DNA of 64,000 nucleotides from contig JAHDFM010000006.1 of assembly GCA_020628165.1 (NCBI GenBank), positions 31,303 through 95,302 of the forward strand, given 5' to 3'. The translations under genes were made by a program, and so were the position numbers. Positions 47,503-58,255 of this stretch are shown here, piece after piece. Every line of letters begins with the position of its first letter. Positions within the stretch are counted from its first letter, which is position 1. Source of the DNA: Bdellovibrionales bacterium. GTDB taxonomy: Bacteria > Bdellovibrionota > Bdellovibrionia > Bdellovibrionales > UBA1609. The notes under the pieces were generated by a model. That model had not been told where the DNA came from. It ran no database searches and worked only from the letters and a program-made list of their open reading frames with translations.

Positions 47503-47742
47503 AAAAAGTCTTATTTAACCAATGAATATGGAACTGAATTTTTTGTAAATTGTTGTTAAGAGTCAAATCGATCTAAAAATTTGTTTACGTGAATTTAATA
47601 ATTATAAATCAAATACTTTTTAAAATGAACTAGTTATAAATGCTTCTATTATTCAGATGTTTTACATAAATGGAAAAATTATAACTTTAAGACTTTTGAT
47701 GTCTTAAATATACCAACCTCATCGATTATTTTGAGACTTTCA

Positions 47743-48132
47743 TTAACGACACTTAAATTTAACTTCTGTGGAATAAGGGTCACCCAAGTACTTATCGGCG
47801 GCTTTATTAATTTTGCCAGCCTCAGGAGCATCTCCTAGGAAAACGGAGGCCGCTTCTTTGATTTTTCTCGATTGTTTGTAGATCTCTTCGTCGATGTCGC
47901 CTTGATACTTTTTACCTTCACTTGTTATTTTTGGAACCTTATCAAATTGCTTGCAGTAGCTTGTGGCTTGAGCGATGGCGTCTCTAACACCTTCTTCCTG
48001 GGATTTTGACTTAATAATAACAGAATGTTCGCCTCCAAAACCTCCGGGCCTGACATCCCTATGGTGCGCGCACGACGATAAAGTGAAAGCTGTTACCAAA
48101 AATAAAGATAGGTTAAAAAGCAGTTTCTGCAC
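47743..48132 (-). CDS. Hypothetical lipoprotein
   Basis: Lipobox LSSC. 129 aa. Confidence 0.65.
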   Translation of the reverse strand: MQKLLFNLSLFLVTAFTLSSCAHHRDVRPGGFGGEHSVIIKSKSQEEGVRDAIAQATSYCKQFDKVPKITSEGKKYQGDIDEEIYKQSRKIKEAASVFLGDAPEAGKINKAADKYLGDPYSTEVKFKCR

Positions 48133-48356
48133 TTTGTAGCTCCTTAGGTCATGTTTAATTTATAAAGCGACTGATTGGTAATATACAAGAAAGAATTTTG
48201 AACTCAACCATTAGGTAAATAATAGGATATAAATTATGTGGGTTTTGGAGTTGATGACTCACCTTAATTATTAGTGTGTGAATATACGCACACGCTAAAG
48301 TATTGCTTTAGAGGGTACTGAAGGTGTTAGATACCATCTCTAAAGGCTCAGTATTT

Positions 48357-49439
48357 TTATTCATTAGCTGCAGGTAAAATTCCGACGCTATGGCAAAAAA
48401 TATCTTCGTTTTGAGCTTCACCGAGAAGATCCATTTTCAATTCAAACTCTTCGAGTTTTATTTCATGAATTTCTGGTTCTTCTAATTCTGCAACTGCATT
48501 AATGGCGCTAATGTGATAATTATCATAATGGACAGTTAAATTAGTAATTCGTTGGCTAAAAAGACCGTTACGAGAGACTTGATATATAAAAATAGGTTGT
48601 CCAACAAAGGCAAAACTGTCTAAAACTCCTGACATCATGCCAATATGATGAGATGCTATGTTTTCTTCACTGAGATTACTAAATACTTTTATGGGTTCTG
48701 TGATCACTTGATCGGCCTCAGAGTTATAATCAGGCTGAAACAACTCCCAGTGTGTTGTGAAATCAACAACTTGATTTTTGTCGATAAGTTCATTAATTAG
48801 ATGCCATTCTGCTGGAAGTGCATCACCCATTATGAATATCTCATAGTGTTCTAAATGAGCCCTGATAACATTAACGAGTGCTTTTTGAGTGAACTCTCTG
48901 TATGTGCCATTACGCTCTTTGCGAACCCAAATAAAAGCGATTTGTTTCTCTGTTTGACGTCTTTTTATGATTTCTTTTTTAAATTGTCGTCCTGCTGGCG
49001 ATAAGTTTGGTCCCTTTAAAAAGATGCTGTTTCTAAATTCATCTTTGTAAGTGTCAGGTGCATTTTCTATATTTTTGACAAGTTCTTGAGTTGAAAGTGC
49101 AAGGTTTAATTTGAATGGGTTTGTGAGCAATAAAAAGTCTCCAGACAATAGCGGCACGGTCGCATATACAAGATTGTAGAAGCAGTCATCTTTGCAACGT
49201 GTGTTTAATGAGGCAACGATGATACGATGACCTAATCGTCTGACCTGAAAAAATGAAATAGCAACTTCACTAAAGTTTAAGAAGTTTAATTCAGTGGTTA
49301 TTTTTTTTATTTGTTTGCGAATTTGAGAGGGTCTTTTTTCAGAGTTTTCTAAATCTTGATACAGAAGGTTTAACTCATTTAGGATTTTTTGTTTGCGTTG
49401 TTCTCGCTCGCTTAGAGTAGTGGGAATATTAATGTGCAC
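48357..49439 (-). CDS. Hypothetical cytoplasmic protein (weak GT-B/heptosyltransferase-like C-terminus)
   Basis: GTG start 6 nt after the upstream small-ORF stop. IFIMGD and HHIGMMSGVLDSFAFVGQPIFIY are loosely reminiscent of the GT9 C-terminal motif. Confidence 0.6.
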   Translation of the reverse strand: MHINIPTTLSEREQRKQKILNELNLLYQDLENSEKRPSQIRKQIKKITTELNFLNFSEVAISFFQVRRLGHRIIVASLNTRCKDDCFYNLVYATVPLLSGDFLLLTNPFKLNLALSTQELVKNIENAPDTYKDEFRNSIFLKGPNLSPAGRQFKKEIIKRRQTEKQIAFIWVRKERNGTYREFTQKALVNVIRAHLEHYEIFIMGDALPAEWHLINELIDKNQVVDFTTHWELFQPDYNSEADQVITEPIKVFSNLSEENIASHHIGMMSGVLDSFAFVGQPIFIYQVSRNGLFSQRITNLTVHYDNYHISAINAVAELEEPEIHEIKLEEFELKMDLLGEAQNEDIFCHSVGILPAANE

Positions 49440-49445
49440 ATAGCT

Positions 49446-49631
49446 TTATTGGCTAGCCAACAAGGCACCAAGCAAATGAAACAGTTCACCTATAGAGTAT
49501 TTGTGTTGGTTCAGAACATAAATGTTCTGGCTGTCATTTACGGTGTTTTCAGGCACGTCTTCTGCTGCTTGTGCTCCAGCTAATAAAGTATGCAGTAAAA
49601 AGAAGGTGAGTAATAAAATACGGACTGTCAT
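49446..49631 (-). CDS. Small secreted protein (61 aa)
   Basis: Internal ATG gives the signal peptide MTVRILLLTFFLLHTLLAGAQA. Tightly coupled to the downstream gene. Confidence 0.45.
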   Translation of the reverse strand: MTVRILLLTFFLLHTLLAGAQAAEDVPENTVNDSQNIYVLNQHKYSIGELFHLLGALLASQ

Positions 49632-49961
49632 ATCAGATGACTTTTGCAATAACGAGGCCGCCGTAGTCGCAATAAAATACGAGCTTATATACAGTTTACA
49701 CAGAGTTATGCACATTCTAGTCGGTTATAATATTTAACCTTATTGATAGTCTCAGCTTTGATAGCTAAGTGTCTAAATTTCAATAGCTATTTTCGATAAG
49801 ATGTTTTTTGTAAACGACATGCACACTTTATGAAAAATCTATAGGGCCGATTAAAATTATCTTTATTGGATTTGAGAGCATGTAAATAATTGTAGTGCGA
49901 ATTTTTTGGGAAGTAGTTGTCTGCAAAGGAAGGAAGTAAATAAATATTATTTATGCACAGC

Positions 49962-49991
49962 ATTGTAAATATTCGGTGGAATATTTACAAT
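49962..49991. promoter_or_regulatory. Perfect 13-bp inverted repeat (candidate operator)
   Basis: attgtaaatattc-ggtg-gaatatttacaat. A third half-site, aatatttaca, lies at 50095-50104. Confidence 0.5.
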
Positions 49992-50179
49992 TGAAAGTTG
50001 TGAAAGCAGGCGACTGTTTTGTTGAGGGAGTGTTAACATTAGTTGGAATATGCGAACGTTTTTAAGAGGCGCGGCAAAAAATGTAACTGATTAAAATATT
50101 TACACTATTTATACCTCCTAAATCATTGTATGAGCTTTGGAAAGGGAACAGTTTTTGTATACTAATTTCGAGAGGAGTG

Positions 50180-50680
50180 ATGATGAAAATCTGGTTGTGT
50201 GCAATTTTAGTGTTGGTCGGAGCTATAGACGCTCTCAGTGCGAGCGAACTGCCCAAGCACCCCCTGACATTTAAACACTGGAAACGAGTTCAAATTCACA
50301 ATTCACAAAGCGACGTCGTCAGTAAGTCCTCAGTTATTCAGAAAATCTACAAAAAACTCAACGATCAACATTTACCTAAAGATGTGCACGATGACTTGGC
50401 TAGATCACTCAAAGGCCATGAAAAAGAACAAAAAACAAACCTCGAAAGACTGCAGTTTTCAAAAGAACTCACTTTTGCAGATTACTTTGATGTTTATCTG
50501 AAGCAATTTTCTGGGAACAAAGAAGCCTTGCAATTCATAGCACAAAGGCTTTCAAAAACATCGGTTGCTTACCTTTTAGAGAAATCAATGGACGAAGAGG
50601 TGGCCAAACCCGAGCAGGCTGAAGCGGCCGTTAAAATCTCTGAAAATACCAGTGAAGATGTCGAACAAAGCCCTAAGTAA
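50180..50680 (+). CDS. Secreted hypothetical protein
   Basis: GAGGAG SD then ATGATG (internal start of the listed ORF). Signal peptide MMKIWLCAILVLVGAIDALSA. Confidence 0.65.
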   Translation: MMKIWLCAILVLVGAIDALSASELPKHPLTFKHWKRVQIHNSQSDVVSKSSVIQKIYKKLNDQHLPKDVHDDLARSLKGHEKEQKTNLERLQFSKELTFADYFDVYLKQFSGNKEALQFIAQRLSKTSVAYLLEKSMDEEVAKPEQAEAAVKISENTSEDVEQSPK

Positions 50681-50836
50681 TTAATTTCAAAGGCTTTATT
50701 TGCTATACCTAGCCAATCCTAAAAGTCTACAACTTTAAGAAAATTTCATTTAACCCATATCTACAAAAGCATTGTCATATTATGAGCTTAGAGAGCTGTT
50801 TGATTTTCACTGGGGAAATAAACATCTTTTTTTAGG

Positions 50837-50871
50837 TCCTCACCTTGACTCACCTGTGTACGGCCCCATAT
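50837..50871 (+). promoter_or_regulatory. Sigma-32 (RpoH)-type heat-shock promoter of groESL
   Basis: tcctcaCCTTGAC-14 nt-CCCCATAT, compared with the consensus CCCTTGAA-N13-15-CCCCATNT. About 60 nt upstream of groES. Confidence 0.7.
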
Positions 50872-50933
50872 TAGACACGTTTTATATGTAATATTTTATA
50901 TTTAACAATCATTTATCTATCGGAGGTAAAAAA

Positions 50934-51236
50934 ATGGCTAATGCAGAGCTAAACGTGCGCCCTCTCCACGACAGAATTCTTGTAAAAAGAATGACAGAAG
51001 AGGAAAAAACAGCTGGTGGTATCATTATCCCAGATTCAGCTAAGGAAAAACCACAACGAGGAAAAGTTGTTGCTACTGGTAAAGGCCGAGTGACTGAAGA
51101 TGGTAAGGTTTTACCTCTTGAAGTGAAGTCAGGTGACTCTATTCTTTTCGGCAAGTACTCAGGCACAGAGCTTAAGCTTGAAGGCGAAGAGTTTTTAATG
51201 ATGCGCGAAGAAGATGTTTTAGGTGTTTTAAATTAA
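50934..51236 (+). CDS. groES: Co-chaperonin GroES
   Basis: 100 aa with [11 protein letters not shown]...[13 protein letters not shown]. Confidence 0.97.
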   Translation: MANAELNVRPLHDRILVKRMTEEEKTAGGIIIPDSAKEKPQRGKVVATGKGRVTEDGKVLPLEVKSGDSILFGKYSGTELKLEGEEFLMMREEDVLGVLN

Positions 51237-51240
51237 TTAA

Positions 51241-52905
<1,665 letters not shown>

Positions 52906-52940
52906 AAACATTCCCATCCAAAAAAAATAATTCACCAAAA

Positions 52941-52972
52941 AACCCTGAGTTCAAAAAACTCAGGGTTTTTTA
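52941..52972 (+). terminator. Rho-independent terminator of groESL
   Basis: 11-bp stem aaccctgagtt/aactcagggtt, loop caaaa, T-run. Confidence 0.85.
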
Positions 52973-52985
52973 TTACGCACCCCAC

Positions 52986-53030
52986 AAAGGTGGTCCGCAC
53001 TTTTTTGCGAAACGACGCGTTGTCGTTGGT
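52986..53030. repeat. About 45-nt intergenic module, copy B (copy A at about 31488-31532)
   Basis: Shared core gtggtccgYacttttttgcgaaacg..g.gtt...ttgg. Confidence 0.6.
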
Positions 53031-53153
53031 ATATATTCAAAAATTCGAAACAGTTTGCTGTGCATTAAAAAGTGTTTCCACTTGCGAACTGGGGCATTTC
53101 TCCATAAATCTTGTTTAAACAAAAATAGCAAAGACACTACAAGGGAGATAAGT

Positions 53154-54296
53154 ATGCTTCGTTTATTGATAATATTGTTAACATTAACTTCATTTGAGGT
53201 GGCCAATGCTGTGACCCACTTGATGAAAAATCAATATAAAAACAGATGGACACGTGACCTTCAATTTAATGACTTTCATCGCAATTCAGTTGTATGGAAT
53301 GATAGAAAAGAAGTTGAGTTGCAAATTTTTACTGAAACTGCAGAAGATGAATATACTCCGAACAACTCTGGCTCAGTCGAGGATGATGATAGGCTGAGAT
53401 TAGATGGGATCTACTATCATAAATTTAATGATCAATTTAGCTTAGAGTCTGAAGTACTTTATAACTCAACAGATACTGATGTTAAAAACTCAACAGACAG
53501 TTCAGAATTTGCCTATCTAACTATAAATAATAATTTGGGTTATAGGTTGAGCGATTCAATTGGTTTCTCATTCAACCTTGCTTACTTAGGTCTTTCTTTT
53601 ACTAGCAAATCAACAAGTAAATCTGAAAGTGAGTACGATTATTTAATTCTTGGACCTGGTGCCACAATTAAACTGAATGATACGTTTTATGCTGGAGCGA
53701 GCATTGAGCATTTTGAAGCCAAAAGAAAAGTAAAAGTAAACTCTGTTAGTATCAATTTGGACAATGAAAAATTCAGACAAACTCAGTTGTCTTTTAACGG
53801 TGGTATGCTCATTGGCACTGAAGATGACATGAACGGGTTTGTTGAAGTTAGAAAGTCATATATGTTTAGCAGTGATAACACTTACCTGAATTTGTCTGTA
53901 AATGGCTTATTGAATTTTTCTAAATCAATTCAAGGTTATACACTTTTATCATACAATAGAAATTTGACGAGCAGTAAAGATGAGGATTCATTTAGATTAG
54001 GAGTAACAAATGACAAACGTTTCTCACAGCTTGTAGGAATGGATTGGGAATTTAATAACTTTTATTTGAATCCTGAACTTAGCTACACAGTAGTGTCTAG
54101 TGCTGATAATCAAATCGATAGTGAGGGAAGTGCTGGTGTAGGGTTAAGATTCGGTTATCGTTATCAAGACATGGCTGACGCATACATTGGCTTCAACATT
54201 GATCAAGATAGTACTGAATATAAAGACAGCTCTTCTATTGATGAGTATAACCTCGATACACAAACTATCTATATAGGTGGAAAGTATCAGTTTTAA
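53154..54296 (+). CDS. Predicted outer-membrane beta-barrel protein
   Basis: GGAG SD then the MLRLLIILLTLTSFEVANA signal (an internal ATG of the listed ORF). Ends ...IYIGGKYQF. Confidence 0.7.
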   Translation: MLRLLIILLTLTSFEVANAVTHLMKNQYKNRWTRDLQFNDFHRNSVVWNDRKEVELQIFTETAEDEYTPNNSGSVEDDDRLRLDGIYYHKFNDQFSLESEVLYNSTDTDVKNSTDSSEFAYLTINNNLGYRLSDSIGFSFNLAYLGLSFTSKSTSKSESEYDYLILGPGATIKLNDTFYAGASIEHFEAKRKVKVNSVSINLDNEKFRQTQLSFNGGMLIGTEDDMNGFVEVRKSYMFSSDNTYLNLSVNGLLNFSKSIQGYTLLSYNRNLTSSKDEDSFRLGVTNDKRFSQLVGMDWEFNNFYLNPELSYTVVSSADNQIDSEGSAGVGLRFGYRYQDMADAYIGFNIDQDSTEYKDSSSIDEYNLDTQTIYIGGKYQF

Positions 54297-54313
54297 TTTC
54301 TAATTGAGTTAAC

Positions 54314-54349
54314 AAGAAGCCTCAGTTTATTCTAGAGGCTTCTTTTTTA
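54314..54349 (+). terminator. Rho-independent terminator
   Basis: aagaagcctc / gaggcttctt stem followed by a T-run. Confidence 0.8.
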
Positions 54350-54567
54350 TTAAATTCAATAATCGTATATTGTTAGCGGCAATCTCTTAGTAGTCAGAAA
54401 AAAGCTTAGATAAAAATATATCTATATTGACCACCCTAAAAATCTAGATCTCAATATTCGCAAATAATAATTAAACCCCTAAAATCATTAATTAATACGC
54501 CCACAAAGAGTGGAATAGAACTTGCTATGTTCTATTTATATTAACTCAAGTCGAACGTGGAGCGTTT

Positions 54568-55344
54568 ATGGGCAAAGTCTTTGTACTTATTACATTCTTG
54601 TTTACCGTATTTACAAATGCCTATGCGAACTCTTATTTGGACGAGGAGTCAGCGCCAGTCGAATACGAAAATCCTTATTACCAAGACGAGTATGGTGATG
54701 ACGAAAGCTCAGATCAACGCGATATCAGAGTCAGAAATAACTTAGATGACTCCAGATACGATGATGGCTATGAAGACGATCCTTATTACGATTATGAAGA
54801 TGGAGATACCATCACTCGTAAATACAAACCAAAAGCAAGAATAGACTTTAAAAATAAAAAGAAAAACAATAAGAAAAAATCAACTACAGCTGCCAAGAGT
54901 CGTGTTAATAACATACAAAGTGGCGAGGTTCCCAATTACGATCGTGACTTCAACGATGATAGAGATCGTTATAACGATAATAGGGACAGAGACTTTAAGA
55001 AAACGTCTTTAATTAAAAACAAGAAGCCAAGAACCAAGAAAAAGTACCGAGCTAGGAACACTGGGCAGTCAGATATGACTTTCGGAAACTCTACCACTCA
55101 GCCAACAAAGGCAGAAAGCTTTTCTAAAACTGAAAGTCGATTCAAACCAACAAGTCTATCTAAAGTAGCTACTGTTGTTGATAAGACTGAGTCAGACGTG
55201 GATTGTGAACAACTAAAACGTTACTACGAAAAGACTGAAGGAAAAGGCGAAGAATCCGCGAACGCTGATAAGAACGTTGAATTTGCCCAAATATTCCCGC
55301 TCATGATTTTACGAAGCGCCTGTGAAAAAAAATTAAATCTTTAA
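54568..55344 (+). CDS. Secreted low-complexity (D/E/Y-rich then K/R/N-rich) protein
   Basis: Signal peptide, then YQDEYGDDESSD, DDPYYDYEDGD, DRDRYNDNRDRD. Two Cys near the C-terminus. Confidence 0.6.
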   Translation: MGKVFVLITFLFTVFTNAYANSYLDEESAPVEYENPYYQDEYGDDESSDQRDIRVRNNLDDSRYDDGYEDDPYYDYEDGDTITRKYKPKARIDFKNKKKNNKKKSTTAAKSRVNNIQSGEVPNYDRDFNDDRDRYNDNRDRDFKKTSLIKNKKPRTKKKYRARNTGQSDMTFGNSTTQPTKAESFSKTESRFKPTSLSKVATVVDKTESDVDCEQLKRYYEKTEGKGEESANADKNVEFAQIFPLMILRSACEKKLNL

Positions 55345-56903
55345 AAGTAGTAATCAATACCTAAATTAACTGAGACAGTTCGCTCACCTAGGCTAGATGC
55401 GGTGATCTCTCTAGCAAAAGACGTTGAAAAGTTGTCATACTTTAAGATCCCTTTAAAATAAAAGTTCTCTTGCCATTTTTTTAACCCGTAAACCCTGAAT
55501 TGTGTGACCGAATTATCACTCGATGAACCACTTGGGCCCGGACGTTCTTTTAATTTTGGTTTTAAAAACAAGAACAATGAAGCTCCGACGAGTATGTCAT
55601 TGCCAGTGATTGGAGTGATCACATCTCCGCCTACTTTAATGCCAGAGTATCTCAGTGTTGAGAACTTGCTTGGGTTGGCGTTTTCAACAGAGGAGGTGAA
55701 GCGAGAGTAACCAGCAAGAAGTTCAAATTTAGTGCCGTAAACCCCTCCTAAACGGAAGTTAAAACCGCCAAGAAGCTCATAGGCTGATTGATTAAGGGAA
55801 AGGTTAGCTTGGTTATCAGGGTCGCCGATGCTTGTGATTCCTTGGTGTATAAGAGCGTGAGCAGACCATTGGTTATTGATCCAGACCTCGCCGTCAAGAG
55901 TAATGCTAGGAATAATGTTATCTTCAGAAAAAGCACTGCCACTGTCTTTTTTCATAAGGCCGATGCCACCGCTGATACCAACTTTACCAAATGTAGGTGG
56001 TGGGACTGGTTTCCAGCGCTCACCGACGGTACTTCCACTCATGGAGTGTTCGTTGGCCGGTTTTGCGCCAGGAATATAGTTTTGCATAGCTTTGGTAGAC
56101 GTGATTTTGTTGGAAAAGCTTGCTAAGTGAGAACCAACGATCTTAGCATTTTTCTGAATGCTGCCTTTTTCTTTTTCAACAACAATCTCAGCAAAGGTCA
56201 AACTATCATCCACTTTTTTAACGCGTAATTTTCCAAGTATGGTTTTTTCACTGTTAATAAGGAAGTTAAACTTTGGGTGTCGTTTAATTTTTATGATCGC
56301 AGCCACGGTGAGATCTTGTCCGTTGAGAATGCCATCAGACTTAGAAAGGTTTAAAGTGACCAAGTTGTCTTTGCGACTCAGGATCATTCCATCATAAGGA
56401 ATTTGTTGGAACAGTTTATCCAGCAAACTTTTCATCGGAGCTCGTAAATCGCTGAAGTTGGTTTCTTGAATGTTAAGTGATTCTTCTTTGGCAAACAGAA
56501 GTCCATCTTTTGCTAGGAAAAGAGCAAGAGTCATGGCAATGGAGTTTTCTGTTTTATTCACTCGCCCAACAATGAACGCATCTGAACTTACATTTTTAGA
56601 ATAACCTAAAAGTATGTTTGGATCTTTTTCAAGGTCACTTAAAAAAGGAGTGCGACCAATGAGTTCAATCTTTTCATGCCTCCACTTTGGATTGTTCTCA
56701 ACTTGTTCGGTGACAAACTCGTTAAAAGATTTTGCGTAAATGCCTTTGGTGTTATCAGTGAAAGGTAAAACAGTGATTGCTTTTATAGTTACTAGTTTAT
56801 CGACAGGGCTTTGATAATAATTGTCTAAGTGAAAGTTGGATTGAGCCAAACTGTTTTGGCAGAAAAACAAAACAAAGATTAGAACAAATAAATTTAAATT
56901 CAT
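55341..56903 (-). CDS. Predicted outer-membrane protein with a C-terminal beta-barrel
   Basis: Signal peptide MNLNLFVLIFVLFFCQNSLAQ (an internal ATG of the listed ORF). Ends ...VNLGIDYYF. Confidence 0.7.
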   Translation of the reverse strand: MNLNLFVLIFVLFFCQNSLAQSNFHLDNYYQSPVDKLVTIKAITVLPFTDNTKGIYAKSFNEFVTEQVENNPKWRHEKIELIGRTPFLSDLEKDPNILLGYSKNVSSDAFIVGRVNKTENSIAMTLALFLAKDGLLFAKEESLNIQETNFSDLRAPMKSLLDKLFQQIPYDGMILSRKDNLVTLNLSKSDGILNGQDLTVAAIIKIKRHPKFNFLINSEKTILGKLRVKKVDDSLTFAEIVVEKEKGSIQKNAKIVGSHLASFSNKITSTKAMQNYIPGAKPANEHSMSGSTVGERWKPVPPPTFGKVGISGGIGLMKKDSGSAFSEDNIIPSITLDGEVWINNQWSAHALIHQGITSIGDPDNQANLSLNQSAYELLGGFNFRLGGVYGTKFELLAGYSRFTSSVENANPSKFSTLRYSGIKVGGDVITPITGNDILVGASLFLFLKPKLKERPGPSGSSSDNSVTQFRVYGLKKWQENFYFKGILKYDNFSTSFAREITASSLGERTVSVNLGIDYYF

Positions 56904-57156
56904 AAGTATATTTTGATAGTTACGCTTTGTTCGGTCAATATCTCCGAAAGCAAGGAACAATCAGTTGTATTTGGATTCAACTATTAGTCTTAGGCCGAGT
57001 GGTTGGCTTAAATATAGAGTAGATGAATTACAACTAACACGACTTAAGTAAGTGAAAAAAAATATAAAACTTAACTCTAAAAACTCACAAAAAAACAAAC
57101 TTTAATAATTTCAAATAAGAGAGCACTAAAAAATATTGAATTTTGCTTAGAAGAAA

Positions 57157-57813
57157 CTAATTAGCTTTTTTATTATTTAAATAACGTTTTACAAAAAAGT
57201 AACCAACAGCAAGAATGACAATTCCAATAATGATAGCCATGTGCATTTTTTTAATAATGGCCATGCTTTCATCCCACTTATCACCAATGAACCAGCCAAC
57301 GTAGATCCAAACGGGAACACTGATCAAAGCTGCAAACCCATCGAGCAATATAAAGGTGCTTGGTTTGACGCCCATGGCACCCGCTGTGAGGTAAGTGGGT
57401 GCCCTCAACCCAGGTAAAAAGCGAGCAACAAAACAAATAAATTTAGAGTTGTTGAGAACTTTTTCTTTGGCGAGTTTTTTTCGTTTTTCGGTCATGATCT
57501 TGCGGATGATTGGTAAATTAAAAGCATTATCGCCAAGTTTTCGCCCTAAGAAAAACAACAAGCCATCACCTGCTAAAACGCCCACCATACAAACAACAAA
57601 TGCACCCCAGATTGAGATTTTGCCCAAAGCAGCTAAAATACCGGAGGCAATGATGGTGATGTCTTCGGGAATAGGCAATCCCATGCCACAAGCGAATAAA
57701 ACTCCACAAATAATGGCGTACGCGCTGGCACCACTAAAGCTCGCTAAGCAGCCAATAAGAGCTGATTTGCTAGATACACAGGCTAGAATGGTTTGAAAAG
57801 GTGACGCGCTCAT
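57157..57813 (-). CDS. DedA/VTT-family membrane protein
   Basis: LPIPEDITIIASG, FFLGRKLG, RFLPGLR motifs. Confidence 0.9.
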   Translation of the reverse strand: MSASPFQTILACVSSKSALIGCLASFSGASAYAIICGVLFACGMGLPIPEDITIIASGILAALGKISIWGAFVVCMVGVLAGDGLLFFLGRKLGDNAFNLPIIRKIMTEKRKKLAKEKVLNNSKFICFVARFLPGLRAPTYLTAGAMGVKPSTFILLDGFAALISVPVWIYVGWFIGDKWDESMAIIKKMHMAIIIGIVILAVGYFFVKRYLNNKKAN

Positions 57814-57871
57814 ATGGATTAATATGTAATTTTATTTGGGTTTATTTTAAATTGACCCTATACTAATAGCC

Positions 57872-58255
57872 ATGGCGATTAAACTGATTATTGCTGATGA
57901 CGCACCATTTATACTGCAAGTGACACGCTCTCTTTTAGAAGGTGAGTCCGTTGATATTGTTGCTGAAGCCAGTGATGGTGATGAGGTGGTGAAGTTAGCG
58001 CTCGAGCACAAGCCAGATGCCATATTTATGGACATGGTTATGCCGAATAAGAACGGCGTGGATGCCACTCGCGAAATTCTCTTGCAATTGCCAGAAACCA
58101 AGATCATAGCTTTTTCCACTCTTGATGAAGATTTGATGAAAGACAAGGCACTCGCCGCAGGGTGTGTGGCTTACATTACTAAGCCCTTTAATCGCAACGA
58201 TTTAGTGAATAGCCTTAAAGAAGCCTTCGCCGATTCGCCAGAGGCACAGTTATGA
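57872..58255 (+). CDS. Single-domain CheY-like response regulator
   Basis: ADDAP, DMVMPNKNG, FSTLD, TKPF: the full receiver residue set. Confidence 0.9.
   Translation: MAIKLIIADDAPFILQVTRSLLEGESVDIVAEASDGDEVVKLALEHKPDAIFMDMVMPNKNGVDATREILLQLPETKIIAFSTLDEDLMKDKALAAGCVAYITKPFNRNDLVNSLKEAFADSPEAQL

Noticed and set aside
47582-47593. parS-like sequence tgtttacgtgaa near the DnaA-box array
   Set aside because: Compared with TGTTTCACGTGAAACA it lacks a base in the left half, and the flanks break the palindrome. It is not a credible ParB site.
50681-50933. CIRCE (HrcA) operator upstream of groES
   Set aside because: I looked for TTAGCACTC-N9-GAGTGCTAA and found no acceptable match. An RpoH-type promoter is present instead.
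57395-57796. 133-aa + strand ORF inside the DedA gene, and similar ORFs inside the 55341-56903 barrel gene
   Set aside because: They are antisense shadows of well-supported membrane or OMP genes.
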